DNA from: Candidatus Woesearchaeota archaeon | Lineage (GTDB): Archaea > Nanobdellota > Nanobdellia > Nanobdellales > Nanobdellaceae | Length of the DNA: 7,150 nt | Reading direction: 5' to 3' | NCBI GenBank assembly: GCA_964468425.1 | Contig: CAYXSZ010000027.1 | Location: 1 to 7,150 of the forward strand | In this document: piece by piece, positions 1 through 7,077 of the stretch | How the letters are laid out: every line of letters starts with the position of its first letter | Position numbering within the stretch: position 1 is the first letter of the stretch | The notes under the pieces: model-generated | Told to the model about the DNA's origin: nothing | What the model saw: the letters and a program-made list of their open reading frames with translations, nothing else | Databases searched by the model: none | Program-made: the position numbers and the translations under genes

Positions 1-1
1 G

Positions 2-1444
2 TACAATGTAGTAATTAACTCGTTGCGGAACCTTAAAGAGGTTGCGGGTAAAAAACCTTTGATCTACAATGCACATCCAGCTGGATGGGGCTGGAGAGCG
101 AATTACATTGTTGAAGAAGGGAGGGAATACATAGATATAATTTTCTCAGAGGCTACTGAGGTAGATTTTCAACCTTTGGGTTTTCTATTCGAAATATCTA
201 AATTAGTTAAAGGCTTGTCTCAAAGGGAGGTTTGGACGTCTCGAAACGCATTTTATCTCTATCATACCACTCTCCCAACGTCAAAAGCAGCCTTAGAGCT
301 TGGAATTTGGGAAATAGTCTCCGCTGGAGCTAGACCCCTCGTAACTACATTTTTATCTACATATTATCAGAATAAGCAAAAGCTTAAGGAGGTTTTTTCG
401 AAAGTTTTGAGGAAAGTGGAAGCTGTTCAATATTACTTAGACGAAGCCGAGCCAGTCTCGGAGGTGTTAATCGTTTATTCAAACAAAACTAGAGATTATA
501 TTGGAAAGGAGAATCCAGCGTTGTATGACGATGAAGTCAGAGGATTCTTTCACTTTTTTTATTGGAACAATTATCAAGTTGGTTTTATAGGAGACAGAGC
601 GTTGGCTAGTGGAAAGTTAGACGACTTTAGAATTCTAGTTCTTCCAAACAAAGCTGTTATGTCTAAAGAAGAATCTAAAGTTATTAAGAAACTTAGTTCC
701 AGCAAAACAGTTCTGGCAACTTATCTAACTTCTCTATATAAAGATTTTAGGCGAAGAAGAGATTTCCTATTGCAGGACGAATTTGGAGCGTCCTTCGACG
801 AAGTCATCGAGTCTCCCTGGTTCTACATCAAAAACGTAGTATTTGGGGACTACGATCCTTCAGGTCAAAAGATTTGTAGAGTTTCTCCATTGAACAGAAA
901 GTTCATTAAGTTTGAGATCTATTCTGGAAAGTATAAGTTTGGATACGAGTACGTTCTGGGGGTGTCTCCTCCTCCTAGAGGCGAAAAAGTTATTTCTTTC
1001 GTAACATCGAACAAAATTACATACATCCCATTTCAGCTTGGAAGAATGTTATTTTATTACTCTCATCACTCGTACGAGAAGTTTGTCAAGGAATTACTCA
1101 ATGGCTACAATAAATTAATCAAGGTAAGCAAGAAGACGGTGAGAGCTACGATTTGGAAGAATGATGACAAACTTTACATCTGCTTGTTGAACTATAACTG
1201 CAATGAGAGGATGTCTATCGTACCTCCACTAAAAACTACATTCTCTACATATGATAGACCAACTATAAGACAGCTCCAGAGGATTTCTACAGTGCATAAC
1301 ATCGTCCTAAAAGTTTTGGGAAACTTCAGCAAAGTTTCGTCGCTGTTTAGCTCAACGAAACCTAAGATAATTAAAAAAGATAAAGGTTATACTATCATAA
1401 AGGTTCCGGAGCTTAAAGTGTTTGATTTATTAATCTTAGAATGA
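2..1444 (+). CDS. 5'-partial CDS; glycoside hydrolase family 42-like architecture (end of a putative TIM barrel, then a trimerisation / class-I-GATase-like middle domain, then a C-terminal beta-sandwich)
   Basis: The frame is open to the left window edge with no in-frame stop before the TTG at 23, and there is no in-frame ATG until about codon 212, so the gene probably starts upstream. The block EVLIVYSNKTRDY...YDDEVRGFFHFFYWNNYQVGFIGDRALASGKLDDFRILVLPNKAVMSKEESKVIKKL...TVLATY follows the GH42 middle-domain pattern (kvAilfd...y..L.elgi.vd.v....dls.YklvvaP.l.lvs.e....l..yv..GG.lv.ty). The C-terminal TVRATIWKNDDKLYICLLNYNCNE...YTIIKVPELKVFDLLILE resembles the 'ylfvlN.s' beta-sandwich tail of glycosidases. 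This is pattern recognition by eye, not a computed alignment. Confidence 0.8.
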   Translation, partial: YNVVINSLRNLKEVAGKKPLIYNAHPAGWGWRANYIVEEGREYIDIIFSEATEVDFQPLGFLFEISKLVKGLSQREVWTSRNAFYLYHTTLPTSKAALELGIWEIVSAGARPLVTTFLSTYYQNKQKLKEVFSKVLRKVEAVQYYLDEAEPVSEVLIVYSNKTRDYIGKENPALYDDEVRGFFHFFYWNNYQVGFIGDRALASGKLDDFRILVLPNKAVMSKEESKVIKKLSSSKTVLATYLTSLYKDFRRRRDFLLQDEFGASFDEVIESPWFYIKNVVFGDYDPSGQKICRVSPLNRKFIKFEIYSGKYKFGYEYVLGVSPPPRGEKVISFVTSNKITYIPFQLGRMLFYYSHHSYEKFVKELLNGYNKLIKVSKKTVRATIWKNDDKLYICLLNYNCNERMSIVPPLKTTFSTYDRPTIRQLQRISTVHNIVLKVLGNFSKVSSLFSSTKPKIIKKDKGYTIIKVPELKVFDLLILE

Positions 1445-2244
1445 AAATCATACTTAACAGACCGAATTCCTTCGAAGCTGCGATAGTTCTTAGAACTCTT
1501 TATTATTCCACTTACTTTGAAGATGTAGAAGTTTATATAGCTGGAAAGGTCAGGAGAGATCAGATCGCTCGTTACTCGCGCGTTCCGATCTACGAGTTAA
1601 AAGAAAAGATTCGATGGACTCTCCCCGTTCTTGACGAAAACACTTATATTCTTGATCCAGATGCAAATAAGTCTATTTTTGAAGTAGAAACTCCAGAAAA
1701 TCTCTTAATAGACTTCTCTGGAGAGTTCTTTGGAAGATTTTCACCAGTTCGTGGAATTGGCTTGAGGTTCTACCCTTACGAAGCAGTTTCTGCAATTTAT
1801 TACTTATTCGTTCGCTCGCTACGTAAAAAAATTCCGAATCTTAGAAATACGTTGGATAAAATCTCTCTATATCTAGCAAAGCGCTTTTTAGATTTCTTGG
1901 ACAGCGATTTTCCAAATCCTCGTAAGCTCCTTTATATTTTACAGCAAGTACACAAGATAAAGAAAATGGTTCTCGGTTTAAAAGGATTTCGTGTTGAGGG
2001 AAACCACAAAACATTTAAAGTTACGTACTTTTTCGAGTTTTTTGATAGAAATTTGAGAAAAATCTCTGAAGCAAAAGCATTTTACAGTGAAAATGTGTTA
2101 AGAGTTCCAGTTTTTACTGGAAACTCTATAGAATACCGAGAATTCTTTTTAGATCGTGATAGACAGCGAGTTTATATCACAAAAGATTTTTACATCTCGA
2201 GAGAAAAGGAAGATTCGCTTGGATTATTCGCTCAAATGTTTTAA
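1441..2244 (+). CDS. hypothetical protein (267 aa), translationally coupled to the upstream ORF
   Basis: Uninterrupted 267-codon ORF. Its ATG (1441-1443) overlaps the upstream TGA (1442-1444) as ATGA. Composition and codon usage resemble the neighbouring genes. I recognise no catalytic or family motif. Confidence 0.75.
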   Translation: MKIILNRPNSFEAAIVLRTLYYSTYFEDVEVYIAGKVRRDQIARYSRVPIYELKEKIRWTLPVLDENTYILDPDANKSIFEVETPENLLIDFSGEFFGRFSPVRGIGLRFYPYEAVSAIYYLFVRSLRKKIPNLRNTLDKISLYLAKRFLDFLDSDFPNPRKLLYILQQVHKIKKMVLGLKGFRVEGNHKTFKVTYFFEFFDRNLRKISEAKAFYSENVLRVPVFTGNSIEYREFFLDRDRQRVYITKDFYISREKEDSLGLFAQMF

Positions 2245-2247
2245 AAA
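2239..2247 (+). promoter_or_regulatory. TATA-box-like element for gatE fragment (TTTTAAAAA), -31..-23 relative to the ATG; implies a leaderless or near-leaderless mRNA
   Basis: TTTTAAAAA lies 23-31 nt upstream of ATG 2270 and overlaps the TAA stop (2242-2244) of the upstream ORF. There is no purine-rich SD-like sequence before the ATG. Confidence 0.5.
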
Positions 2248-2269
2248 CCCTAAATCCCTTTAACCTTGA

Positions 2270-3085
2270 ATGAAAGCTGGATTGGAGATTCATCAACAGC
2301 TAAACACGAGAGAAAAACTTTTTTGCTCTTGTCCATCCATTCTTTCGGATAAAGTGTCTAAGCGAATTTTAAGAAAGCTTCGCGCAGTTGCAGGGGAAAC
2401 TGGTGAAATAGATGTCGCTGCACATTATGAGCAAACCAAAGGAAAATATATGGAATACGAATATGATAATTCTTATGCTTGCTTAGTAGAACTTGATGAA
2501 GAGCCGCCACATCTAATCAATGAGGAAGCTTTAAAGATTTCTTTGATTCTTGCAGAATTCTTTGGTATGCGAGTTCCATCGGTTCTTCAAGTTATGCGAA
2601 AGACTGTAGTAGACGGTTCAAATACTTCTGGTTTCCAGAGAACTGTTTTAATTGGGTTAAATGGTGAGTTAAATCTGAATGGAAAGAACATTACAATTCA
2701 AACGCTTTGTTTAGAAGAAGACGCTGCCAGGAAAATCAACGAGACGGAAGATAAAATAATTTACAGGCTTGATCGATTGGGGATTCCGCTCGTAGAGATT
2801 GCTACAGGACCTGAGCTCGAGAGCCCAGAAGAAGTTAAGGAGTGTGCCAAAAAAATTGGATTGATCTTGAGATTAACTCGTAAAGTGAAAAGAGGTTTAG
2901 GCACTATTCGACAAGATATAAACATTTCTATTCCTGAAGGAGAAAAAATAGAAATAAAGGGGGCGCAGGACCTAGATATAATTCCAGATATTGTTAGAAA
3001 CGAGGTGGAGCGTCTGAAAAAACTTTTAGAGTGGCAAAAACTCGTTAAGGAAAGAGGAATAGAAAAGATAATTATCGAAGATTAG
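2270..3085 (+). CDS. gatE: Glutamyl-tRNA(Gln) amidotransferase subunit E, N-terminal fragment only (first part of the cradle domain; split or truncated gene)
   Basis: Hallmark GatE blocks appear in the correct order: GLEIHQQL..KLFCSCP, CLVELDEEPPH, MRKTVVDGSNTSGFQRT, LCLEEDAARK, YRLDRLGIPLVEIATGP, KVKRGLGTIRQDINISI, IEIKGAQDLDIIPDIV. The ORF stops after 271 aa, whereas full-length archaeal GatE is about 600-630 aa. No GatE-like continuation exists in any + frame downstream. Confidence 0.9.
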   Translation: MKAGLEIHQQLNTREKLFCSCPSILSDKVSKRILRKLRAVAGETGEIDVAAHYEQTKGKYMEYEYDNSYACLVELDEEPPHLINEEALKISLILAEFFGMRVPSVLQVMRKTVVDGSNTSGFQRTVLIGLNGELNLNGKNITIQTLCLEEDAARKINETEDKIIYRLDRLGIPLVEIATGPELESPEEVKECAKKIGLILRLTRKVKRGLGTIRQDINISIPEGEKIEIKGAQDLDIIPDIVRNEVERLKKLLEWQKLVKERGIEKIIIED

Positions 3086-4215
3086 CCTAGGTGAAACATC
3101 TCGAGTGTAGCATCCTCTTCCTCCAAGCTTTTTTCTAAAGATTCCCTCATTCTTCCGAGGTTAAACTTTTCTTTCTTGAACCTCCATATAAACTTTGAAA
3201 GAACTCTAACTATCTTGTGAATTATGTATGCAGCAATTAACGCTCCTACAATGAATAGTGCGAATTCTTTAGGCGTCATTGGGTGATGTACTATAAAACC
3301 ACCAACTTCAACTATTACGTAAATTATAGCGATGTTTCTAACAGTTTCTAGCTCTTGTTGATGCATTGCCCACCTTAAAACTTCGATATTTTCAATTGTT
3401 TCTTTAGTGTACTCTATAGTTTTCTTCCAAAGATGTTTAGTGTACCTAATTAAGTACTCGCATTCTTCGTAAAGAGTTTCTACAACTTCTTCATCGAAAA
3501 CATCTTTAAGGAGGTTTTTGGTTCCAACCAAAGCTTCTCCTACTTGCGAAAGCCTTACCTCAACATATTCTAGCTGGTGTTTGTATTTCACGAGTTCTTC
3601 TTTTAGTTGGAGTATTAACTGCATTGAAATGTTGGTAGGTTTTCTAATGTTGTCAACAGCTTCCCAAACCCGTCTGTGTATGTTTATAACATTTCTCGCA
3701 AACTTTATTATACAGACTAAAATAATTAAACAATGAACTAAGTATATTTGATTTTCCTTCATGTAATTCTCGTTTACCCAAATTTTGTTTTCAGAAATTA
3801 TAACATTTTTAGATTTATAAAGCTCATTTTTTACATCATCGCATTCCTTTTCAGAGATTATTATTTCTATAGGGGTTATGTCTCTCGATACAAGTGCAGG
3901 TACGGGCATTCCCGCTTTAAATATTTCTGAAAAAACCTCAAGAATGTTGTTTAATCTCTTTAATGCTACATTGGGGTTATTTGCTTTGGAAATTACTACC
4001 CCATTGGAGAATACGGAAATTACTCCATCTTCGTAATCGAGCTCCAATTCTAAAATCTTACCGTCCTTTACCTGAAAGCGTACTGGTTTTATTTTTTCTA
4101 AAAGTTTTTCAGGATCTTTCACGTAAGGATTTGGTCTAGCGCCTTCAACTAATTTTACTACTTCTAAGAAGTGAACAGCTGTACGAGGGGTCCAAATTCC
4201 ATACATAGTTTCCAT
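3082..4215 (-). CDS. membrane protein with CorA-like / DUF155 (RMD1-YagE)-like architecture: soluble N-terminal alpha/beta domain, long helical region, C-terminal two-TM hairpin; no GMN motif
   Basis: 377-codon ORF. Residues 295-336 (nt 3208-3333) read IAIIYVIVEVGGFIVHH-PMTPKE-FALFIVGALIAAYIIHKIV, which is two hydrophobic helices with a short loop, followed by a 41-aa charged tail. The preceding ~130 aa are heptad-like and helical (LILQLKEELVKYKHQLEYVEVRLSQVGEAL...). The N-terminal DGVISVFSNGVVISKANNP resembles the 'vfvFryGvvVfw' strand pair of DUF155. The family assignment is tentative. Confidence 0.75.
   Translation of the reverse strand: METMYGIWTPRTAVHFLEVVKLVEGARPNPYVKDPEKLLEKIKPVRFQVKDGKILELELDYEDGVISVFSNGVVISKANNPNVALKRLNNILEVFSEIFKAGMPVPALVSRDITPIEIIISEKECDDVKNELYKSKNVIISENKIWVNENYMKENQIYLVHCLIILVCIIKFARNVINIHRRVWEAVDNIRKPTNISMQLILQLKEELVKYKHQLEYVEVRLSQVGEALVGTKNLLKDVFDEEVVETLYEECEYLIRYTKHLWKKTIEYTKETIENIEVLRWAMHQQELETVRNIAIIYVIVEVGGFIVHHPMTPKEFALFIVGALIAAYIIHKIVRVLSKFIWRFKKEKFNLGRMRESLEKSLEEEDATLEMFHLG
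3129..3134 (+). terminator. candidate archaeal oligo-T termination signal for the gatE-fragment transcript
   Basis: A T6 run (AGCTTTTTTCT) lies about 45 nt downstream of the gatE TAG, inside the 3' end of the convergent gene. Archaeal RNAP terminates at oligo-T tracts. No experimental support is available from sequence alone. Confidence 0.25.
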
Positions 4216-4237
4216 TTTATTTTATAGATTCATTAAA

Positions 4238-4247
4238 CTTTAATTAA
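4238..4247 (-). promoter_or_regulatory. TATA-box-like element for the 377-aa membrane-protein gene (minus-strand TTAATTAAAG), -32..-23 from its ATG
   Basis: The minus strand reads TAAAAAGAAAATC-TTAATTAAAG-N22-ATG, with a purine-rich BRE-like stretch just upstream. The element overlaps the alaS stop codon (4244-4246). Confidence 0.4.
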
Positions 4248-6796
4248 GATTTTCTTTTTAGAACTAGGTAAAACGGTCCGATTTTTCTATAAGATCCTTT
4301 TGGATCTTCGCTAGTTATTATGGCATCTTCTAGCTCTAAGTGGATTGTTGCTAACTTATCTTTGTTCTTCATGAGATGTGGTATCACTTCTTTAGATTCT
4401 AGAGGTAGTTTAGCCTTTAATCTCTGATCTCGGATTAACAAATCTAAAATATACTCTACAAGTCTGTTATACTTTTTCCTTAGCTGATTTCTATCTCTAT
4501 TTAGGTTTTCTATTGCGCTTGGAGCGTACTCTTTCGTCGTGTTTACAATCTTGCAGATGCTAGAAACAGTGAATTCTAAATCCCTCAAATATGAAATTAC
4601 GTTGTCTCCAGCCACAAATTCGAATCTAATTATTCCATCGGCTATTCTTTCTACATTTGTTATCTTGATTAATCCTACTTCCAATGTATTGTCAACGTGA
4701 AGTCCAGAACAAGCTTCGACATCGTGGTTTTCTATTTCTATAATTCTTAGATTGACTTCAGGGATAAAACCACCTTGGTAAATTGTAAATCCAAACTTTC
4801 TTTCAGCTTCGTCTCTACGCAAAGTATATTTTCTTACCTTTAGTCCTTTCATCACAATTTCATTTGCGAGATCCTCTATTCTTTTCAATTCTTCTTCAGT
4901 AGGGAGCTTATAATGTGTTACATCGAGTCTTGCCTTTTCGGGAGTTTTTTCTGCTCCAGCCTGCCAAACATGATTTCCATAAATCTTTCGAAGCACTCCA
5001 GTTAAAATGTGTGTAGCTGTGTGATGCCTAACGAGTTTTTCTCTCCTTTTCTTATCAACTCGCATAACAACCTTAGAACCAGGTTTCCAATCAATATTTT
5101 TGTTAGTTTTGTGTAAAATCACGTTATCCACTTCAATAACTTTTACTATTTCTGCAAACTCCTTTGGATTATCTTTAAAGATTATTATTCCCGTGTCATG
5201 CAGTTGTCCTCCCTTTGTAGGATAGAAAACAGTTTTGTCAAATATTAGGTAATCATTTATTTTACCTAAATAAGTTGTTTCTATTTCTGTTTTTCTCCAA
5301 TCCTCATAAAATGTTTTTTCAGTCTTCGGGAAGTTCGAAACATCTAATTCTATTTTCTTTTCAGATCTTTTAGCCTTAGACCTTTTTCTAAATTCTTCTA
5401 GTTTAGAATAAAAATCTCCAGGAAGTTCAAAGTTTGGAATCAAATCTTGAAGAAGCTCTGGAGTTATTCCGTGAGAAGTATATAATTCCAAAATTTCCTC
5501 AGAGCTTAGTTTTTTGTTTGACTGGATTATACCTTGGATTATCTTGCTAGCCTTTCTTTTAGTTTCTTTATATTTGCTTATTTCATAGTTAACTACTTCT
5601 ACTACTTCTTGAATGTTGTTCTCGAGTTCAGGCTCCATCCAATCTTTAGATACAACTTCAAATAATTTGTAAAGATCTAAATCTTCGAAATACTTTTCAA
5701 TGAAATTATACATTCTTCTAAGGATCAATCTTAGATTATAACCTCCACCAATGTTTGATGGGATTACTCCATCCGAGATAGCAATTAACAAAGTTCTCGC
5801 GTGATCACAAATAGAGTAAATCGCCCCGGCAATTTTTATTTCCTTCGAAACATCTCTTCCTACTTTGCTTGAAATTTCATTAATGAAATCTTGGATAGTT
5901 CTTTTTTCAAAGTCGAATAAATTATAATAGGGAGCTACTTGGTACAAAATAGACAAATCGCAAGGATCTCTTAATAAAGATTTTAAATATTTGATCGTGT
6001 GGGGAAATGTTGGCTCATATGCGGTTGGAGATCCAGAAAGCAACCAAGCTACTCGCTCGTGACCCATTCCCATATCAAGAACCTTTAACTTTTGCAGTTC
6101 TTTGATTTCTCCATTAGTTTCGAATTGCATGTAAACTTGGTTCGCAACCTCAAGACCTCTCACGAAGAATTCGATGCAAGTTCCGGCGTTTCCACCCCCA
6201 GCCCAAACATCCTCGTGAAGTATAATCTCACTTTCAGAGATTCCGAGCGATTTTGTAAACCACTCGAAGAGATCTTCGAAATACTGATTAATATCATATT
6301 CTTCTGGAGCAACGAACGCGTGCTGACCTATCATTACAAAACCGGTGAAGTGTCTACCTGTAAATCCTACATTTCCTACGTCGTTGAACCTCAAACAGAA
6401 CTGAGGAACTGTTAGTTTCTTAGATGGGGGATCTATTATTCCTTTAGTGACCCACGGTTGAAAATCTGCAATTGATGCAATGACGAACTCTAGATCGTCT
6501 CTCCATCTAGCTACGACCGGGTAACGCTTTATAGGTAAGTATCCTTTGTTTTCAAGGAACTTTGAGAAATCTTCCCAAACTTCTGAGTAATTTAGCTCTT
6601 TTTTCGCCACTTTTTCACCAATAAACCTATAAACATCGTGATCATCGCAAATTTCTCTATCATCTAAGCTCCAGAACGCTCTTCCACATATCTTACATTT
6701 TTTTCTTCGATATCCAAGTTCTTTAAGCTTTTCATCGGGGAAAAACTTCGAGTGACTCTTCTCCGCGATCGTTAAGAGCTTGTCTTTAAGATTCAT
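4244..6796 (-). CDS. alaS: Alanine--tRNA ligase (alanyl-tRNA synthetase), archaeal type, contiguous 850 aa
   Basis: N-terminal knuckle CKICGRAFWSLDDREICDDH; catalytic-core blocks RYPVVARWRDDLEFVIASIADFQPW, CLRFNDVGNVGFTGRHFTGFVMIGQHAF, DVWAGGGNAGTCIEFFVRGLEVANQVYMQF, LDMGMGHERVAWLLSG; middle-domain PSNIGGGYNLRLILRR; editing-domain motifs HHTATHIL (HxxxH) and ACSGLHV (CxxxH). Confidence 0.97.
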   Translation of the reverse strand: MNLKDKLLTIAEKSHSKFFPDEKLKELGYRRKKCKICGRAFWSLDDREICDDHDVYRFIGEKVAKKELNYSEVWEDFSKFLENKGYLPIKRYPVVARWRDDLEFVIASIADFQPWVTKGIIDPPSKKLTVPQFCLRFNDVGNVGFTGRHFTGFVMIGQHAFVAPEEYDINQYFEDLFEWFTKSLGISESEIILHEDVWAGGGNAGTCIEFFVRGLEVANQVYMQFETNGEIKELQKLKVLDMGMGHERVAWLLSGSPTAYEPTFPHTIKYLKSLLRDPCDLSILYQVAPYYNLFDFEKRTIQDFINEISSKVGRDVSKEIKIAGAIYSICDHARTLLIAISDGVIPSNIGGGYNLRLILRRMYNFIEKYFEDLDLYKLFEVVSKDWMEPELENNIQEVVEVVNYEISKYKETKRKASKIIQGIIQSNKKLSSEEILELYTSHGITPELLQDLIPNFELPGDFYSKLEEFRKRSKAKRSEKKIELDVSNFPKTEKTFYEDWRKTEIETTYLGKINDYLIFDKTVFYPTKGGQLHDTGIIIFKDNPKEFAEIVKVIEVDNVILHKTNKNIDWKPGSKVVMRVDKKRREKLVRHHTATHILTGVLRKIYGNHVWQAGAEKTPEKARLDVTHYKLPTEEELKRIEDLANEIVMKGLKVRKYTLRRDEAERKFGFTIYQGGFIPEVNLRIIEIENHDVEACSGLHVDNTLEVGLIKITNVERIADGIIRFEFVAGDNVISYLRDLEFTVSSICKIVNTTKEYAPSAIENLNRDRNQLRKKYNRLVEYILDLLIRDQRLKAKLPLESKEVIPHLMKNKDKLATIHLELEDAIITSEDPKGSYRKIGPFYLVLKRKS

Positions 6797-6818
6797 TTTT
6801 AAGTATTCGTCGAAGAGG

Positions 6819-6827
6819 TAAATAAAG
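6819..6827 (-). promoter_or_regulatory. TATA-box-like element for alaS (minus-strand CTTTATTTA), -31..-23 from the ATG, preceded by BRE-like GCATAAAA
   Basis: The minus strand reads GAATCGCATAAAA-CTTTATTTA-CCTCTTCGACGAATACTTAAAA-ATG. The spacing is the same as at gatE, and there is no SD. Confidence 0.55.
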
Positions 6828-7063
6828 TTTTATGCGATTCTGCAACCCTTCTATAATCTAAAATTTTTACTCACAGCTTAGGTCCCTAATAATTTAAGCA
6901 TAACTGAATTAAGAATTGCACTGGTTGGTTATGATAAATACATTTCCATATCTCTTCCTTCCTCTAATTACCAATCTTTCGAAAGGAGAATTCTGAGGTT
7001 TATACATTAACTAAAATAAATACAAATGGCAAATAAAAAGTCGGTTTGCAACTTACAGTAGGT

Positions 7064-7077
7064 GTATATTCTAAAAG
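7064..7077 (+). promoter_or_regulatory. possible TATA-like region (TATATTCTAAAAG) for the gene starting at 7100
   Basis: An AT-rich TATA-like string lies 23-36 nt upstream of ATG 7100. It matches less well than the other three elements. Confidence 0.3.

Noticed and set aside
23-25. TTG at 23 as the true start codon of ORF1
   Set aside because: The reading frame remains open to base 2 with no upstream stop. The apparent GH42-like architecture would lack most of its catalytic barrel if translation began here. The gene is treated as 5'-partial, and only upstream sequence can settle the question.
3518-3930. Two + strand ORFs (3518-3736, 72 aa; 3748-3930, 60 aa) downstream of the gatE fragment, considered as possible frameshifted continuations of gatE
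   Set aside because: Their translations (Ser/Thr/Cys/Phe-rich, low complexity) have no GatE-like blocks. They lie entirely antisense to the well-formed 377-aa minus-strand CDS, which makes them typical shadow ORFs of an AT-rich gene.
6092-6415. 107-aa + strand ORF
   Set aside because: It lies completely inside, and antisense to, the highly conserved catalytic core of alaS. It has no recognisable motifs and no promoter-like context, so it is a shadow ORF.
6931-6996. Possible C/D-box sRNA: AUGAUAA at 6931-6937 and CUGA at 6993-6996, about 66 nt apart
   Set aside because: The C box has a mismatch at a conserved position (UGAUAA instead of UGAUGA). No internal D'/C' boxes are present. The flanks (GGTT on both sides) cannot form a terminal stem. 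The total length is longer than typical archaeal C/D sRNAs.
6931-6996. 21-aa + strand mini-ORF (MINTFPYLFLPLITNLSKGEF*)
   Set aside because: It is very short and has no well-spaced TATA-like element. Its region overlaps the better-supported, though still speculative, minus-strand 32-aa ORF. It is indistinguishable from chance in AT-rich DNA.
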